Assembly (NCBI GenBank): GCA_963777605.1
Contig: CAVZRV010000010.1
Coordinates: 64,001 to 128,000, forward strand
DNA: 64,000 nucleotides
Source: an uncultured Acidobacteriota bacterium
GTDB lineage: Bacteria; Acidobacteriota; UBA6911; RPQK01; JAPXNP01
Direction: 5' to 3'
Of this stretch, positions 9,054-19,758 are shown in pieces; position 1 is the first letter of the stretch, and the number at the start of each line of letters is the position of its first letter. The translations under genes were made by a program, and so were the position numbers. The notes under the pieces were generated by a model, which saw nothing but the letters and a program-made list of their open reading frames with translations, did no database searches and had not been told where the DNA came from.

Positions 9054-10595
9054 ATGTCGGACCATAGAGAAACTGTCTTAATTCTGGATTTTGGGTCCCA
9101 GTACACCCAGTTGATCGCCCGTCGAATCCGCGAGGCCAGCGTCTACTCGGAGATTCTTCCCTTCAACACGCCCTGGCAGGAAATCGAGGAACGTTCCCCC
9201 ACAGCGATCATTCTTTCCGGGGGGCCAAGTTCGGTGTTCGAAGAGGCGTCTCCTCATCCCGATCCAGGCCTCTGGGGTTTCCAGGGTCCAATCCTCGGCA
9301 TCTGCTACGGGATGCAGCTCCTGGTTCACTCACTGGGGGGCGTTGTGGAGAAAGCACCTCACCACGAGTACGGAAAGGCGAGCATCTCCGTATCGGAGGA
9401 AAGCGACCTCTTCACAGGGCTTTCTCGCGATCTGACGGTCTGGATGAGTCACGGGGACCATATTAGTTCCCTTCCCGGCGGATTCAGGCCCGCGGCACAG
9501 TCAAGTTCGGCAATGGCCGCCATGGAGGATCCGAACCGGCGCATCTACGGGCTTCAGTTCCACCCCGAAGTGGTCCACACTCCACAGGGGACCGAGATTC
9601 TCAAGAACTTCCTCTTCCGCGTTTGCGGGTGCCGTGGAGACTGGACGATTGCCTCCTTCGTGGAGGACGCTATCGATGCAATCCGTAATCAGGTGGGTGA
9701 AGGGCACGCCGTTTGCGGACTTTCCGGAGGGGTTGACTCGACCGTTGCCGCCCTTCTCGTTCATTCCGCCATTGGCGATCGCCTCACCTGCGTTTTCGTA
9801 GACAATGGGCTCCTCCGCCAGAACGAGTTCGAACAGGTTCTGACGACGTTTCGCGACAACCTCAATCTCAACCTCCATGGTGTCGATGCATCGGCAAGCT
9901 TCCTTGGGCGCCTTCGCAACGTGGTCGATCCGGAACGCAAGCGAAAAATCATCGGGGAGGAGTTCATCCTGGTCTTCGAGGCTGAAGCTGGAAAACTCGG
10001 TCCGATCGAGTTCCTGGTCCAGGGAACGCTCTATCCCGATGTCATTGAGTCGGTCTCGGTCAAGGGTCCGTCCGCGGTGATCAAGAGCCATCACAATGTC
10101 GGTGGACTCCCCGAGAAGATGAATCTCCGTCTCGTCGAACCCCTTCGGGAACTGTTCAAGGACGAAGTCCGCGCCGTCGGTCGGGAACTCGGCCTGCCCG
10201 ACCGGTTCGTCAACCGCCAGCCTTTCCCCGGGCCTGGATTGGCAGTACGCATTATCGGAGAGGTCACCGAAGAACGGCTCCACCTCTTGCGACAGGCGGA
10301 TGCAGTGGTGCAGGACGAGATTCGCAAAGCGGGCTTGTACGAGAAGATCTGGCAGTCTTTTGCGGTCCTCCTTCCGGTCAAGAGTGTCGGAGTCATGGGC
10401 GACGGGAGGACCTATGAGAACGTGATCGCGGTTCGGGCGGTAGACAGTCGGGACGGCATGACGGCGGACTGGGTCCAGCTTCCGTATGACCTCCTCGGCC
10501 GAATCTCCAGCCGGATCGTCAACGAGATTCGAGGTGTCAACCGGGTCGTTTACGATATCAGTTCGAAGCCGCCAAGCACGATCGAATGGGAGTGA
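9054..10595 (+). CDS. guaA: GMP synthase (glutamine-hydrolysing)
   Basis: [53 protein letters not shown]. Confidence 0.99.
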   Translation: MSDHRETVLILDFGSQYTQLIARRIREASVYSEILPFNTPWQEIEERSPTAIILSGGPSSVFEEASPHPDPGLWGFQGPILGICYGMQLLVHSLGGVVEKAPHHEYGKASISVSEESDLFTGLSRDLTVWMSHGDHISSLPGGFRPAAQSSSAMAAMEDPNRRIYGLQFHPEVVHTPQGTEILKNFLFRVCGCRGDWTIASFVEDAIDAIRNQVGEGHAVCGLSGGVDSTVAALLVHSAIGDRLTCVFVDNGLLRQNEFEQVLTTFRDNLNLNLHGVDASASFLGRLRNVVDPERKRKIIGEEFILVFEAEAGKLGPIEFLVQGTLYPDVIESVSVKGPSAVIKSHHNVGGLPEKMNLRLVEPLRELFKDEVRAVGRELGLPDRFVNRQPFPGPGLAVRIIGEVTEERLHLLRQADAVVQDEIRKAGLYEKIWQSFAVLLPVKSVGVMGDGRTYENVIAVRAVDSRDGMTADWVQLPYDLLGRISSRIVNEIRGVNRVVYDISSKPPSTIEWE

Positions 10596-10626
10596 GTCGG
10601 GTGATCAGAAATGTGAGACAGACGGT

Positions 10627-13600
10627 ATGAGTTTTTGCCACCTTCATTTACATAGCCACTACAGCCTCCTCGACGGAGCTAACCGGATCGACGACGTTGT
10701 CCGGAAAGCCGCCGAAATGAACATGCCGGCGGTCGCCCTGACCGATCACGGAAACTTGTTCGGCGCCGTCCAGTTTCACGACACCGCCCTCAAGACCGGC
10801 GTGAAGCCGATCATCGGTTGCGAAGTCTACGTCGCCCGCCAGGGGCGCCGCCACCGGGACGGCCGCTCGTCTGGAAGCAACCATCTCATCCTGCTGGCCG
10901 AGAATCAGACCGGCTACAACAATCTTGTGAAGCTGGTTTCCCTGGGATACCTGGAAGGCTTCTATTACCGGCCCCGGGTGGACAAGGAACTCCTCAACCG
11001 GTACTCGGAGGGGTTGATCTGTCTCTCCGCTTGTCTCCAGGGCTCGGTAGCTCAAAATCTGGTCGGCGATCGCTACGACGTTGCCCGCCGCGAAGCCGGG
11101 GAACTCAGCGAGATCTTTGGCCCGGGCAACTTCTACCTCGAATTGCAGGACCATGAGATCGAAGACCAGAAGACGGTCAACCGGGGCGTCCTTAAGTTGG
11201 CCCGAGAACTTGGCCTGCCCATGGTGGCAACCAATGACTGCCATTACCTGGAAAGGGTCGACGCTCACGCTCACGACCTACTCCTCTGCATCCAGACCGG
11301 CAAGACCCTCGAAGACACCGATCGGCTTGCCTACAAGACGGAGGAGTTCTACTTCAAGACACCGGAAGAAATGGCGGCACTCTTTCAGGACGTGCCGGAG
11401 GCTCTTTCCAACACCTTGCGGGTGGCCGAGCGCTGCAACTTCCAGTTTGGGCCGACCGAGAACATCTTCCCCGACTTCGACGTCCCGGCCGGCTACACTG
11501 TCGATTCCTATTTCGAGCGGATCGCTCGCGAAGGATACGAGGAACGGCTCACCAAGCTCAGGCGTTACGAGCAGGCCGGGCGCCTGCGGCACACGCTCGA
11601 AGAATATCGACAGCGGCTCGACAGCGAGATCCGGGTGATCCAGCAAATGAGGTTTTCGGCCTATTTTCTGATCGTCTGGGATTTTATCCGCCACGCTCGC
11701 GAAAACGGAATCCCAGTCGGCCCCGGCCGCGGATCGGCAGCCGGCAGCCTGGTCTCCTACGCCCTTCGAATCACCGACGTGGATCCCCTTCATTATGATC
11801 TCCTGTTCGAGCGCTTCCTCAACCCGGAACGGGTCACCCCGCCGGATATCGATATTGACTTCTGCATGCTCCGGCGAGGACAGGTCATCGACTACGTCAC
11901 CGACCGTTACGGCCGCGACAACGTAAGCCACATCATTACTTTTGGGACGATGGCGGCCCGTGGAGCCATCCGCGACGTGGGGCGCAGCATGAACGTCCCC
12001 TACCAGGAAGTGGACAAGATCGCCAAGTTGGTCCCGCCCGGACCCGGAGTCACCCTCGAGAAGAGTCTCGAGACCGTCAAAGAACTCCAGGAAGTCGCCG
12101 ACAGCCATCCACGCTACGGAGAACTGCTCAACGTTGCCCGAAGACTGGAAGGGCTTTCGCGCCACGCCTCGGTGCACGCTGCCGGGGTTGTCATCGCCCC
12201 CAAGCCATTGATTGAACTGGTGCCGCTCTTCCGTACGAACAAGGAGGAAATCACCACCCAGTACCCCATGAGCGACCTGGAACGGCTCGGGCTGCTCAAA
12301 ATGGATTTCCTCGGGCTGACGACTCTCACGGTCATTGACCAGGCGCTCGAGCAGATTCGCGACCAGTGCGGCGAGGACCTGAAGTTGCACGAGATCGCTC
12401 TGGACGATCCAGAAACGCTCAAGCTGTTCTGTGAAGGCCGAACCGGCGGAATCTTCCAGTTTGAGTCCGCCGGGATGAGAGACATCCTCCGTCGGCTCCA
12501 GCCGAGCCGGTTCGAAGACCTCATCGCGTTGAACGCGCTCTACCGTCCCGGGCCTATCCAGGGCGGAATGATCGACGACTTCATCAATCGCCGGCACGGC
12601 CAGGTCGAGGTCAGCTACGAACTGCCCCAACTCGAAGAAGTCCTCCAGGAGACGTATGGTGTCATCGTCTACCAGGAACAGGTCATGCAGATTGCGAGCA
12701 GGCTCGCCGGGTTCAGCCTCGGACAGGCCGACCTGCTCCGCCGGGCGATGGGGAAGAAGAAGAAGTCGGTCATGGAAGCCCTGCGGAAGAAATTCCTGGA
12801 TGGCGCCAAAGAGCGCAGCATCGACCACAACAAGGCCTGCCGGATATTCGACCTCATGGAGCGGTTCGCCGGTTACGGCTTCAACAAGAGCCACTCGACC
12901 GCCTATGCCCTGCTCGCCTACCAGACCGGCTACCTGAAAGCCCACTATCCGGTTCAGTTCATGGCGGCGCTGCTGACCAGTGAAATGTCGAACACGGACA
13001 AGATCGTCCAGTACCTGGGAGAAGCTCGGGAAATGGACCTCGAAGTTCTGCCCCCCGACATCAACAAGAGCCACGTTCACTTCATGGGAAGTGGCGAGAA
13101 GGCGATCCGCTTTGGTCTGGCCGCGATCAAGAACGTCGGTGAGGGCGCCATCCGGGCTATCATCCAAAAGCGCTCCGAAGTCGGGCCCTTCACATGCTTC
13201 TTCGAGTTTTGCGAAGCGCTGGATCTCCGGACGCTCAACAAGCGGACGCTCGAGTCACTCATCAAGGCCGGCACATTCGACTCCGTCTACCCTAAGAGGA
13301 AGTCCCTGATCGAGGTGCTGGACCGGGCCGTTGAGCACGCCCAGAAACGGCAAAAAGACAAGATCAGCGGCCAAGGCGACCTGTTCGGCGTGATGGCCGA
13401 GACCGAGGATGCCGGGGCCGTCGCGATACCCGATCGCGGAGAGTGGATTGACCGGGAGAAGTGGACCTACGAGAAGGAAGTTCTCGGGTTCTATCTTTCG
13501 GGGCACCCGCTCGAAAAATTCCAGGCGGAGCTTAGCCGTTTCTGCCGTTTCTCGGTGGCCGAAGTAACTCCCGACGTGGCGGGGCAGGATGTCTCACTGG

Positions 13601-14094
13601 GGGGTGTCGTCTCAGGTCACCGCCGGCTCCAGACGAAGAAAGGCGACACCATGGCGATCTTCCAGCTGGAAGACATGTCGGGAACCGTTGACGTCCTGAT
13701 GTGGCCGGCAGTTTACGAGAAGTTCAAGCAGTATCTCGAGGGAGACACGCCGGTCTGTGTTCGGGGCCGATGTGACGTTGACGCTCGGGGAGAAGTGAAG
13801 ATTCTGGCCTCGGACCTGATGGATCTATCGTCCGTCTGGAAGAACGGGGTTCAGAGGGCGCGGATCCGGATTCCGGTGACCCGGTTGGAAGGCAACCGAG
13901 TAGACCGTCTTCAGAGCCTGCTCCGGCGATACCCGGGTCAGTGTGCTCTCGAGTTCGAGTTAATTGAGAAAGCCCGTTTCCTGGTCCACCTGATTCCGTC
14001 TGATCCGATATCCATCAACCCGGTGCCGGATTTCGTCAATGAAGTGGAGAGTCTGTTTGGGGAGAAATCCTGTATACTTGAAATCCCTTGCTAG
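10627..14094 (+). CDS. dnaE: DNA polymerase III alpha subunit
   Basis: PHP domain HLHLHSHYSLLDG, GPGRGSAAGS, PDIDIDF, FAGYGFNKSHS; ATG at 10627. Confidence 0.99.
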   Translation: MSFCHLHLHSHYSLLDGANRIDDVVRKAAEMNMPAVALTDHGNLFGAVQFHDTALKTGVKPIIGCEVYVARQGRRHRDGRSSGSNHLILLAENQTGYNNLVKLVSLGYLEGFYYRPRVDKELLNRYSEGLICLSACLQGSVAQNLVGDRYDVARREAGELSEIFGPGNFYLELQDHEIEDQKTVNRGVLKLARELGLPMVATNDCHYLERVDAHAHDLLLCIQTGKTLEDTDRLAYKTEEFYFKTPEEMAALFQDVPEALSNTLRVAERCNFQFGPTENIFPDFDVPAGYTVDSYFERIAREGYEERLTKLRRYEQAGRLRHTLEEYRQRLDSEIRVIQQMRFSAYFLIVWDFIRHARENGIPVGPGRGSAAGSLVSYALRITDVDPLHYDLLFERFLNPERVTPPDIDIDFCMLRRGQVIDYVTDRYGRDNVSHIITFGTMAARGAIRDVGRSMNVPYQEVDKIAKLVPPGPGVTLEKSLETVKELQEVADSHPRYGELLNVARRLEGLSRHASVHAAGVVIAPKPLIELVPLFRTNKEEITTQYPMSDLERLGLLKMDFLGLTTLTVIDQALEQIRDQCGEDLKLHEIALDDPETLKLFCEGRTGGIFQFESAGMRDILRRLQPSRFEDLIALNALYRPGPIQGGMIDDFINRRHGQVEVSYELPQLEEVLQETYGVIVYQEQVMQIASRLAGFSLGQADLLRRAMGKKKKSVMEALRKKFLDGAKERSIDHNKACRIFDLMERFAGYGFNKSHSTAYALLAYQTGYLKAHYPVQFMAALLTSEMSNTDKIVQYLGEAREMDLEVLPPDINKSHVHFMGSGEKAIRFGLAAIKNVGEGAIRAIIQKRSEVGPFTCFFEFCEALDLRTLNKRTLESLIKAGTFDSVYPKRKSLIEVLDRAVEHAQKRQKDKISGQGDLFGVMAETEDAGAVAIPDRGEWIDREKWTYEKEVLGFYLSGHPLEKFQAELSRFCRFSVAEVTPDVAGQDVSLGGVVSGHRRLQTKKGDTMAIFQLEDMSGTVDVLMWPAVYEKFKQYLEGDTPVCVRGRCDVDARGEVKILASDLMDLSSVWKNGVQRARIRIPVTRLEGNRVDRLQSLLRRYPGQCALEFELIEKARFLVHLIPSDPISINPVPDFVNEVESLFGEKSCILEIPC

Positions 14095-14148
14095 CGGTTC
14101 TGGGGCCAATCGGAGAATTCGAGATTTTGTTTCCGCTCGGTGTATCCC

Positions 14149-15072
14149 ATGAAAAATGAGGAACTTGAGGAATTGGAGCAGCTTCGCGAAAAGGTCAGTC
14201 AAAGTGCTGCCTCCGGGAGCCGCGAAGTCGATCAGCTTCGGGAACGGATCAGCCAGTTGGAGAGCCGGTTGCAGGGCGAAATGGCGGCTTGGGACCACGT
14301 CCAGCTCTCGCGTCATGAGCGACGGCCTTATACCCTCGACTACGTGGCGCGAATTTTCTCGGGCTTTCATGAAATTCATGGAGACAGGCGCTATTCGGAC
14401 GATCCTGCAATAGTCGGCGGAATGGCTCTCCTCGACAACGATCCCGTGATGCTGATCGGTCAGCAGAAGGGTCGCAATACCAAGGAGAGGCTCTTCAGAA
14501 ACTACGGGATGCCGAGTCCGGAAGGATATCGTAAGGCGCTTCGACTCATGCGGCTGGCGGAGAAGTTCGGCCGGCCGATCATCTGCTTCATCGACACGCC
14601 CGGAGCGTACCCGGGTATCGGCGCCGAGGAGCGGGGCCAGGCCCAGGCGATTGCAGAAAACCTGATGGTCATGGCCCAGATCAGGGTTCCCATCGTCGTC
14701 GCGGTACTCGGTGAGGGCGGCAGCGGCGGTGCGCTTGCCATCGGAGTCGGGAATCGCGTGCTCATGTTCGAGCATTCCATATACTCGGTCATCTCCCCCG
14801 AGAGCTGCTCCGCCATTCTCTGGAAGGACCAGGAGCACGCCCGGGAAGCAGCAGAAGCTCTCAAGCTGACTTCACGGTACCTCCACCGATTCAAAGTCGT
14901 CGATGAGGTCGTTCCGGAGCCCCCGGAAGGCGCGCACGAAGACTGGGATCTTGCAGCGGACTTGCTCAAGAAGGCCCTGGTGAGGAACCTGAAGTCGCTC
15001 TTCAGCCTCTCGGCCGAGGAGTTGATTGCCCAGCGTTACAAACGCTTCCGCCACATCGGCGAAATCGCCTAG
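14149..15072 (+). CDS. accA: acetyl-CoA carboxylase carboxyltransferase alpha subunit
   Basis: RPYTLDY, HGDRRYSDD, PEGYRKALR, IDTPGAYPG, GEGGSGGALA. Confidence 0.98.
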   Translation: MKNEELEELEQLREKVSQSAASGSREVDQLRERISQLESRLQGEMAAWDHVQLSRHERRPYTLDYVARIFSGFHEIHGDRRYSDDPAIVGGMALLDNDPVMLIGQQKGRNTKERLFRNYGMPSPEGYRKALRLMRLAEKFGRPIICFIDTPGAYPGIGAEERGQAQAIAENLMVMAQIRVPIVVAVLGEGGSGGALAIGVGNRVLMFEHSIYSVISPESCSAILWKDQEHAREAAEALKLTSRYLHRFKVVDEVVPEPPEGAHEDWDLAADLLKKALVRNLKSLFSLSAEELIAQRYKRFRHIGEIA

Positions 15073-15120
15073 GGACGGATCAGCGGGTGGAGCAGGCAAA
15101 ATCTCTCTGGCGGGCAGATC

Positions 15121-15624
15121 GTGAAATCTCCCGAACATCGTTTCTTCGCTGATGTCATGCTGGGGAGCCTGGCCCGCTGGCTGCGAATTCTCGGGTACGA
15201 CACCGCCTACGATCGAACTATCGAAGATGCCAGGCTGGTGGAACTGTGCCACCTCCAGGGCCGGATCGCCCTGACGAAGGATCGCCGGCTGGCCAAACGC
15301 AAGGCCCTGCACCACGTGTTCCTGATCAAGGAGGTCCACCTGGGGGAGCAACTTGGCGAGGTCTTGGACAAAACCGGGGACCGGGTTGAAGATCTGCCTC
15401 TGTTCTCAAGATGTCTCGAGTGCAACCGGGAGCTGGTTGAGACCGCTCCGGAGAAGATCCGCGGCCGGGTTCCTGAATATACTTACAATACGCAGAATCG
15501 TTTTCGCGTCTGTCCGGAGTGTGGCCGGGTCTACTGGCCGGGCACGCACCGGAATCGGATCCTTGGTCGGCTGCGCCAGCTCCTGGGCTCACGGGAGCCA
15601 GTCAAAGATTCCGAGTGCCCGTGA
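15121..15624 (+). CDS. Mut7-C RNase-like (PIN fold plus zinc ribbon) protein
   Basis: FFADVMLGSLARWLRILGYDT, LTKDRRL, RCLECN and CPECGRVYWPGTH. Confidence 0.9.
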   Translation: MKSPEHRFFADVMLGSLARWLRILGYDTAYDRTIEDARLVELCHLQGRIALTKDRRLAKRKALHHVFLIKEVHLGEQLGEVLDKTGDRVEDLPLFSRCLECNRELVETAPEKIRGRVPEYTYNTQNRFRVCPECGRVYWPGTHRNRILGRLRQLLGSREPVKDSECP

Positions 15625-15676
15625 AGGCGATCGATCGAATGCGTATAATGACGACTTTCACTCTGGAGATACCGCC

Positions 15677-17452
15677 ATGGAACACCTAGGAGAGCTCGAA
15701 AGGACCTGTTATTGCGGAGAAGTAGGAGAAGCACACGTCGGCGATGTGCTGACGGTGATGGGTTGGGTTGACCGGGTCAGAGACCTTGGAAACCTGATCT
15801 TCATTGACCTGCGTGACCGCAGCGGCATCGTTCAGGTCGTGGCGAGCCCCGACGTTCCCGAGTGTCTCGAGAAGGCCAGTCAAGTACGTCCCGAATTCGT
15901 CCTTTCAGTAACCGGGGACCTGAGAAAGCGCGACCCGGAAACGGTAAACGCCGAGCTTGGGACCGGTACGGTCGAGATCCACGCCACTGAATTCCGCATT
16001 CTCAACCGCTCGCAGACTCCTCCGTTCCCCATTAACGAGGACGTGACAGCCTCCGAGGAAACACGCCTGCGATATCGGTACCTCGATCTTCGCCGGCGTC
16101 CCTTGCAGAAGAACATTCGACTTCGTCACCAGATATGCCTGGAAACCCGGCGCGCCCTCGATGAGGAAGGGTTTCTTGAGATCGAGACTCCGTTCCTGAC
16201 CAAATCGACGCCCGAGGGAGCCCGGGACTACCTGGTACCCAGCCGGGTACACCGCGGACAGTTCTTTGCCTTGCCCCAGTCCCCTCAGCTCTTCAAGCAG
16301 CTGTTGATGGTGGCGGGAATGGACCGCTACTTCCAGATCGTCCGGTGCTTTCGGGACGAGGATCTCAGGGCCGACCGTCAGCCGGAATTCACCCAGGTCG
16401 ATATCGAGCTTTCCTTTCCTACTGAAGAGACTGTCTTTCACCTAATCGAGCGGCTCTTGAAGCGGATGTTCAAGGTGGCCGGAATCGAGATCGATGGGGC
16501 CTTCCCCCGACTGAAGTACGACGACGCTATCTCCCGTTATGGCACGGATCGGCCGGACACAAGGTACGGATTGGAGCTCGCCGACGTGACATCGGCCTTC
16601 CGGGAAACTCCCTTCCAGGTCTTCCGTCAGATCGTCGAAGCGGGTGGGCTGGTCAAGGGAATCGCCGTTCCTGCCGGCCAGAACTATTCCCGCAAGGATC
16701 TCGACAACTTCACTGATTTCGTCAAGCAATACGGTGCGGCGGCCCTCTCGTGGATTCGGACCCAGCCTGAGGGCGGAATTCGAAGTTCGCTGCCGAAAGT
16801 TGTCCCTGAGAGCCAGTTGCAAGAAGCTGCTTCCTTGGCCGGGCTCGGGCGGGACCAGCACCTCCTCATGGTTGCCGGGACTTCCAAGGTAGTCCATGAC
16901 TCGCTGGCGGCGCTTCGCCAGCACCTGGCCAACCAGCTTCAGCTGATCCCCGCCAATCGCTGGGATCTTCTCTGGGTCTACGATTTCCCGCTTCTCGGGT
17001 GGGACTCCGACGAGGAACGCTACGTTGCACTCCACCATCCCTTCACTTCTCCGAAGGACGATGACCTGGAACTCCTCAAGAGCGACCCGGGCTCGGTCAA
17101 GGCGAGGGCCTATGACGTGGTCTTAAACGGCATCGAGATCGGGGGAGGTTCGATTCGTATTCACCGGGAAGATATTCAGAGACAGGTCTTCGAAGCCCTG
17201 AGGATCGCATCATCCGAAGCCGAGGAACGCTTCGGATTCCTGCTCGAGGCACTCCATTTCGGCGCTCCTCCTCACGGTGGTATCGCCCTTGGCCTCGACC
17301 GGATCGTCATGCTCCTGGCAGGGGAACGGTCGATTCGTGAAGTGATCGCCTTTCCGAAGACGGCCAAGGCCATCGACCTGATGTGTGCGGCTCCCTCGAC
17401 AGTGAGCGAAAGACAGTTGCGCGAGCTGCACATCAATCTCCGAAAGCTCTGA
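15677..17452 (+). CDS. aspS: aspartate--tRNA ligase
   Basis: RTCYCG, RLRYRYLDLRR, STPEGARDY, FRDEDLRADRQPEFTQ, GAPPHGGIALGLDR; ATG at 15677 after GGAG. Confidence 0.98.
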   Translation: MEHLGELERTCYCGEVGEAHVGDVLTVMGWVDRVRDLGNLIFIDLRDRSGIVQVVASPDVPECLEKASQVRPEFVLSVTGDLRKRDPETVNAELGTGTVEIHATEFRILNRSQTPPFPINEDVTASEETRLRYRYLDLRRRPLQKNIRLRHQICLETRRALDEEGFLEIETPFLTKSTPEGARDYLVPSRVHRGQFFALPQSPQLFKQLLMVAGMDRYFQIVRCFRDEDLRADRQPEFTQVDIELSFPTEETVFHLIERLLKRMFKVAGIEIDGAFPRLKYDDAISRYGTDRPDTRYGLELADVTSAFRETPFQVFRQIVEAGGLVKGIAVPAGQNYSRKDLDNFTDFVKQYGAAALSWIRTQPEGGIRSSLPKVVPESQLQEAASLAGLGRDQHLLMVAGTSKVVHDSLAALRQHLANQLQLIPANRWDLLWVYDFPLLGWDSDEERYVALHHPFTSPKDDDLELLKSDPGSVKARAYDVVLNGIEIGGGSIRIHREDIQRQVFEALRIASSEAEERFGFLLEALHFGAPPHGGIALGLDRIVMLLAGERSIREVIAFPKTAKAIDLMCAAPSTVSERQLRELHINLRKL

Positions 17453-17460
17453 GGAGTACG

Positions 17461-19344
17461 GTGGGAAGAGTCCGCGTTCTGCCGGAAGTACTGGCTCATC
17501 AGATTGCCGCCGGAGAAATCGTCGAGCGGCCCGCATCGGTGGTCAAAGAACTGGTGGAGAACGCAATCGACGCCGACGGACGTTCCGTTAGGGTATACCT
17601 GGAAGAGGGCGGAAAGAGCCTCATCAGGGTTTCGGACAACGGCTACGGGATGTCGAGGGACGATGCGCTCCTTGCCTTCGAACACCACGCGACCAGCAAG
17701 ATTTTTTCAGTCGAGGACCTTACCCGGATCAACACCCTGGGATTTCGTGGTGAGGCGCTGCCATCGATTGCTTCGGTCTCCCGGCTCCGATTGCGAACGG
17801 TCGATCGGGAAGCCCAGGAGTCGGGCTTCGCGCCGGGAACGGAGATTCACTATGCTGGAGGCAATCGCGAACTCCTGAGTGAAGTGGCGTGGCCTGCGGG
17901 CACCGAGATCGTCGTCGAAGACCTCTTCTACAATATTCCGGCCCGCCGCAAGTTCCTCAAGACTTCTTCTACGGAACTCAGCCATGTTTCACGTCTCATC
18001 ACCTGCTACGCGCTGGCATTTCCCGGACTGGAGTTTCGCCTCGATCACCACTCCCGCAACTTGATCGAGGCCTCCCCGGTTGACCAGCTTTCTGATCGCG
18101 TGTTCCAATTGTTCGGTGAGCGCCTGGTTCACGCACTGACACCACTCGACTATTCCTTTGAAGGAGTGCAGGTTGCAGGGTTTGCTTCCCTGCCCCACGA
18201 GCAGCGGAACAACGCCAATGGGCTCTACCTCTTCGTCAACCGGCGCATTGTCCGTGACCGGCTTTTGACTCATGCCATTCGCCAGGCCTACCGCGACTTG
18301 ATCCCGTCGGCGGCCTATCCGGTCGTCGTGCTCTTCATCGAAACCGATCCCGGCCTCATCGATGTCAATGTCCATCCCACAAAGGCCGAGATCCGATTTC
18401 GGAAGTCAAACGACGTCCACCGCGCGATCACCCGCGCCATCGAACACGCGCTGGCCGCCCATCGGACCGGGCTCAGCAGCCTCGCCCGGGACATGGAGAC
18501 ATCGAGATCGGAAGGCGCTTCCGGTCACCAGGAATCGATTGCGCGCAGCATCGGAGGTTTTCTTTCCCGGACCTCAACGAGCCCGCTCTTCGGATCCCAA
18601 GAACGTCATTTCTCCCCTTCTCCGGGTGCTTCCGACAACGAAGTCTGGAGAAGCAACAGTGTTATCGGCGAACCTCCGGCGGACTCCTACGTCCCTTCCG
18701 GGGCGTCCCCCCACGGACGTGAGTTGCCGCGGATCGACCACCTGCCGACGACGCCGGTGGCGTTGGGCCAGTTCGTGGAGAGCTTCATCGTGGCGGCGGA
18801 CCGTGAGGGGATTCTCGTCATCGACCAGCACGTCGCTCACGAGCGGATCCTTTATGACCGCGCCCTCCGAACACTCGGATCCGAGGAACAGATCCCGGTG
18901 CAGAAACTGCTCGTGCCCGAAACCCTGGACCTCGACCCTCAGCACCTCTCAGTCGCGAAGGAGGCCCTCGGGTTCCTCAATGCCAACGGCTTCGACGTGG
19001 ACTGGTTCGGATCCAGCACCCTCGTCGTTCGGGGCGTTCCGGCCGTGGCCGGCAACACGGATGCCCGAAAATTGCTCGAAGAACTCCTCGAGGAACTCAC
19101 CGATTTCGAAGAATTGCGTCACCAGGACGAGAGCCGGGGGCTGCGACGGGTCCGCGAGAAGATCGCGATTTCCCTTTCCTGCCGGGCCGCGATCAAGATC
19201 AACACTCCGTTGTCGCCCGAGAAAATTCAGTGGCTTCTCGACGAACTGTTCCACTGCCAGAACCCTTACACCTGCCCTCACGGTCGTCCAATCGTACTTC
19301 GGCTGGGCCTGGAAGAAATTCTCAGGGGCTTCAAGCGCTCTTGA
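17461..19344 (+). CDS. mutL: DNA mismatch repair endonuclease MutL
   Basis: IAAGEIVERPASVVKELVENAIDA, GFRGEAL, DQHVAHER, CPHGRP; GTG start after GAGGAG. Confidence 0.98.
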   Translation: MGRVRVLPEVLAHQIAAGEIVERPASVVKELVENAIDADGRSVRVYLEEGGKSLIRVSDNGYGMSRDDALLAFEHHATSKIFSVEDLTRINTLGFRGEALPSIASVSRLRLRTVDREAQESGFAPGTEIHYAGGNRELLSEVAWPAGTEIVVEDLFYNIPARRKFLKTSSTELSHVSRLITCYALAFPGLEFRLDHHSRNLIEASPVDQLSDRVFQLFGERLVHALTPLDYSFEGVQVAGFASLPHEQRNNANGLYLFVNRRIVRDRLLTHAIRQAYRDLIPSAAYPVVVLFIETDPGLIDVNVHPTKAEIRFRKSNDVHRAITRAIEHALAAHRTGLSSLARDMETSRSEGASGHQESIARSIGGFLSRTSTSPLFGSQERHFSPSPGASDNEVWRSNSVIGEPPADSYVPSGASPHGRELPRIDHLPTTPVALGQFVESFIVAADREGILVIDQHVAHERILYDRALRTLGSEEQIPVQKLLVPETLDLDPQHLSVAKEALGFLNANGFDVDWFGSSTLVVRGVPAVAGNTDARKLLEELLEELTDFEELRHQDESRGLRRVREKIAISLSCRAAIKINTPLSPEKIQWLLDELFHCQNPYTCPHGRPIVLRLGLEEILRGFKRS

Positions 19345-19758
19345 CGTAAGGGACCGCGCGGGCAGCCGCTCTGGACTGGTGGAATGGTCGTCCGCGGGAC
19401 CGGCAGGTTACAGAGAGGCAGGCCCACACCGGGCCTGCGTCCGTGGCGTGGTGCCGAACGGGGTTTGGAATCGTGTTCGCGGGAGTTATGAACGCCTTTC
19501 GGTCGGCTCCTTGCGGGATGCTGTTCCGGGATACCCGGGGCGCGCAGTCTTACCCCCGACTCTTTGTGCTCGGCACCCTGGGTCCAGCCGCTCGCTCGGT
19601 TCGTGGTTGTACTGATGGTGAGGGTTTCGGTCGGCACGCCACCGAATCCCAACTGGCTCAATCGGTTCCCGTGGCGCTCGTGGAGCCACTTCCATTCTTG
19701 ACACAGAGCACCTTGACACGGTCGTCGAAGCCGCCGTGCGGAAGGTTCCGATGAACGG

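Noticed and set aside
11278-13167. 629 aa minus-strand ORF (likewise 5177-6457, 26642-27799 and 34856-36079)
   Set aside because: Antisense to well-supported genes; expected in GC-rich DNA with strong codon bias
10627-14094. Intein in DnaE
   Set aside because: Length (about 1155 aa) and motif spacing are normal; no intein splice-junction motifs seen
18362-19615. 417 aa alternative-frame ORF overlapping mutL
   Set aside because: Ser/Arg/Pro-rich off-frame composition with no motifs
19345-19758. tmRNA or RNase P RNA
   Set aside because: No T-arm GGTTCGA before the TCCACCA, no tag peptide, and no GAGGAAAGTCC
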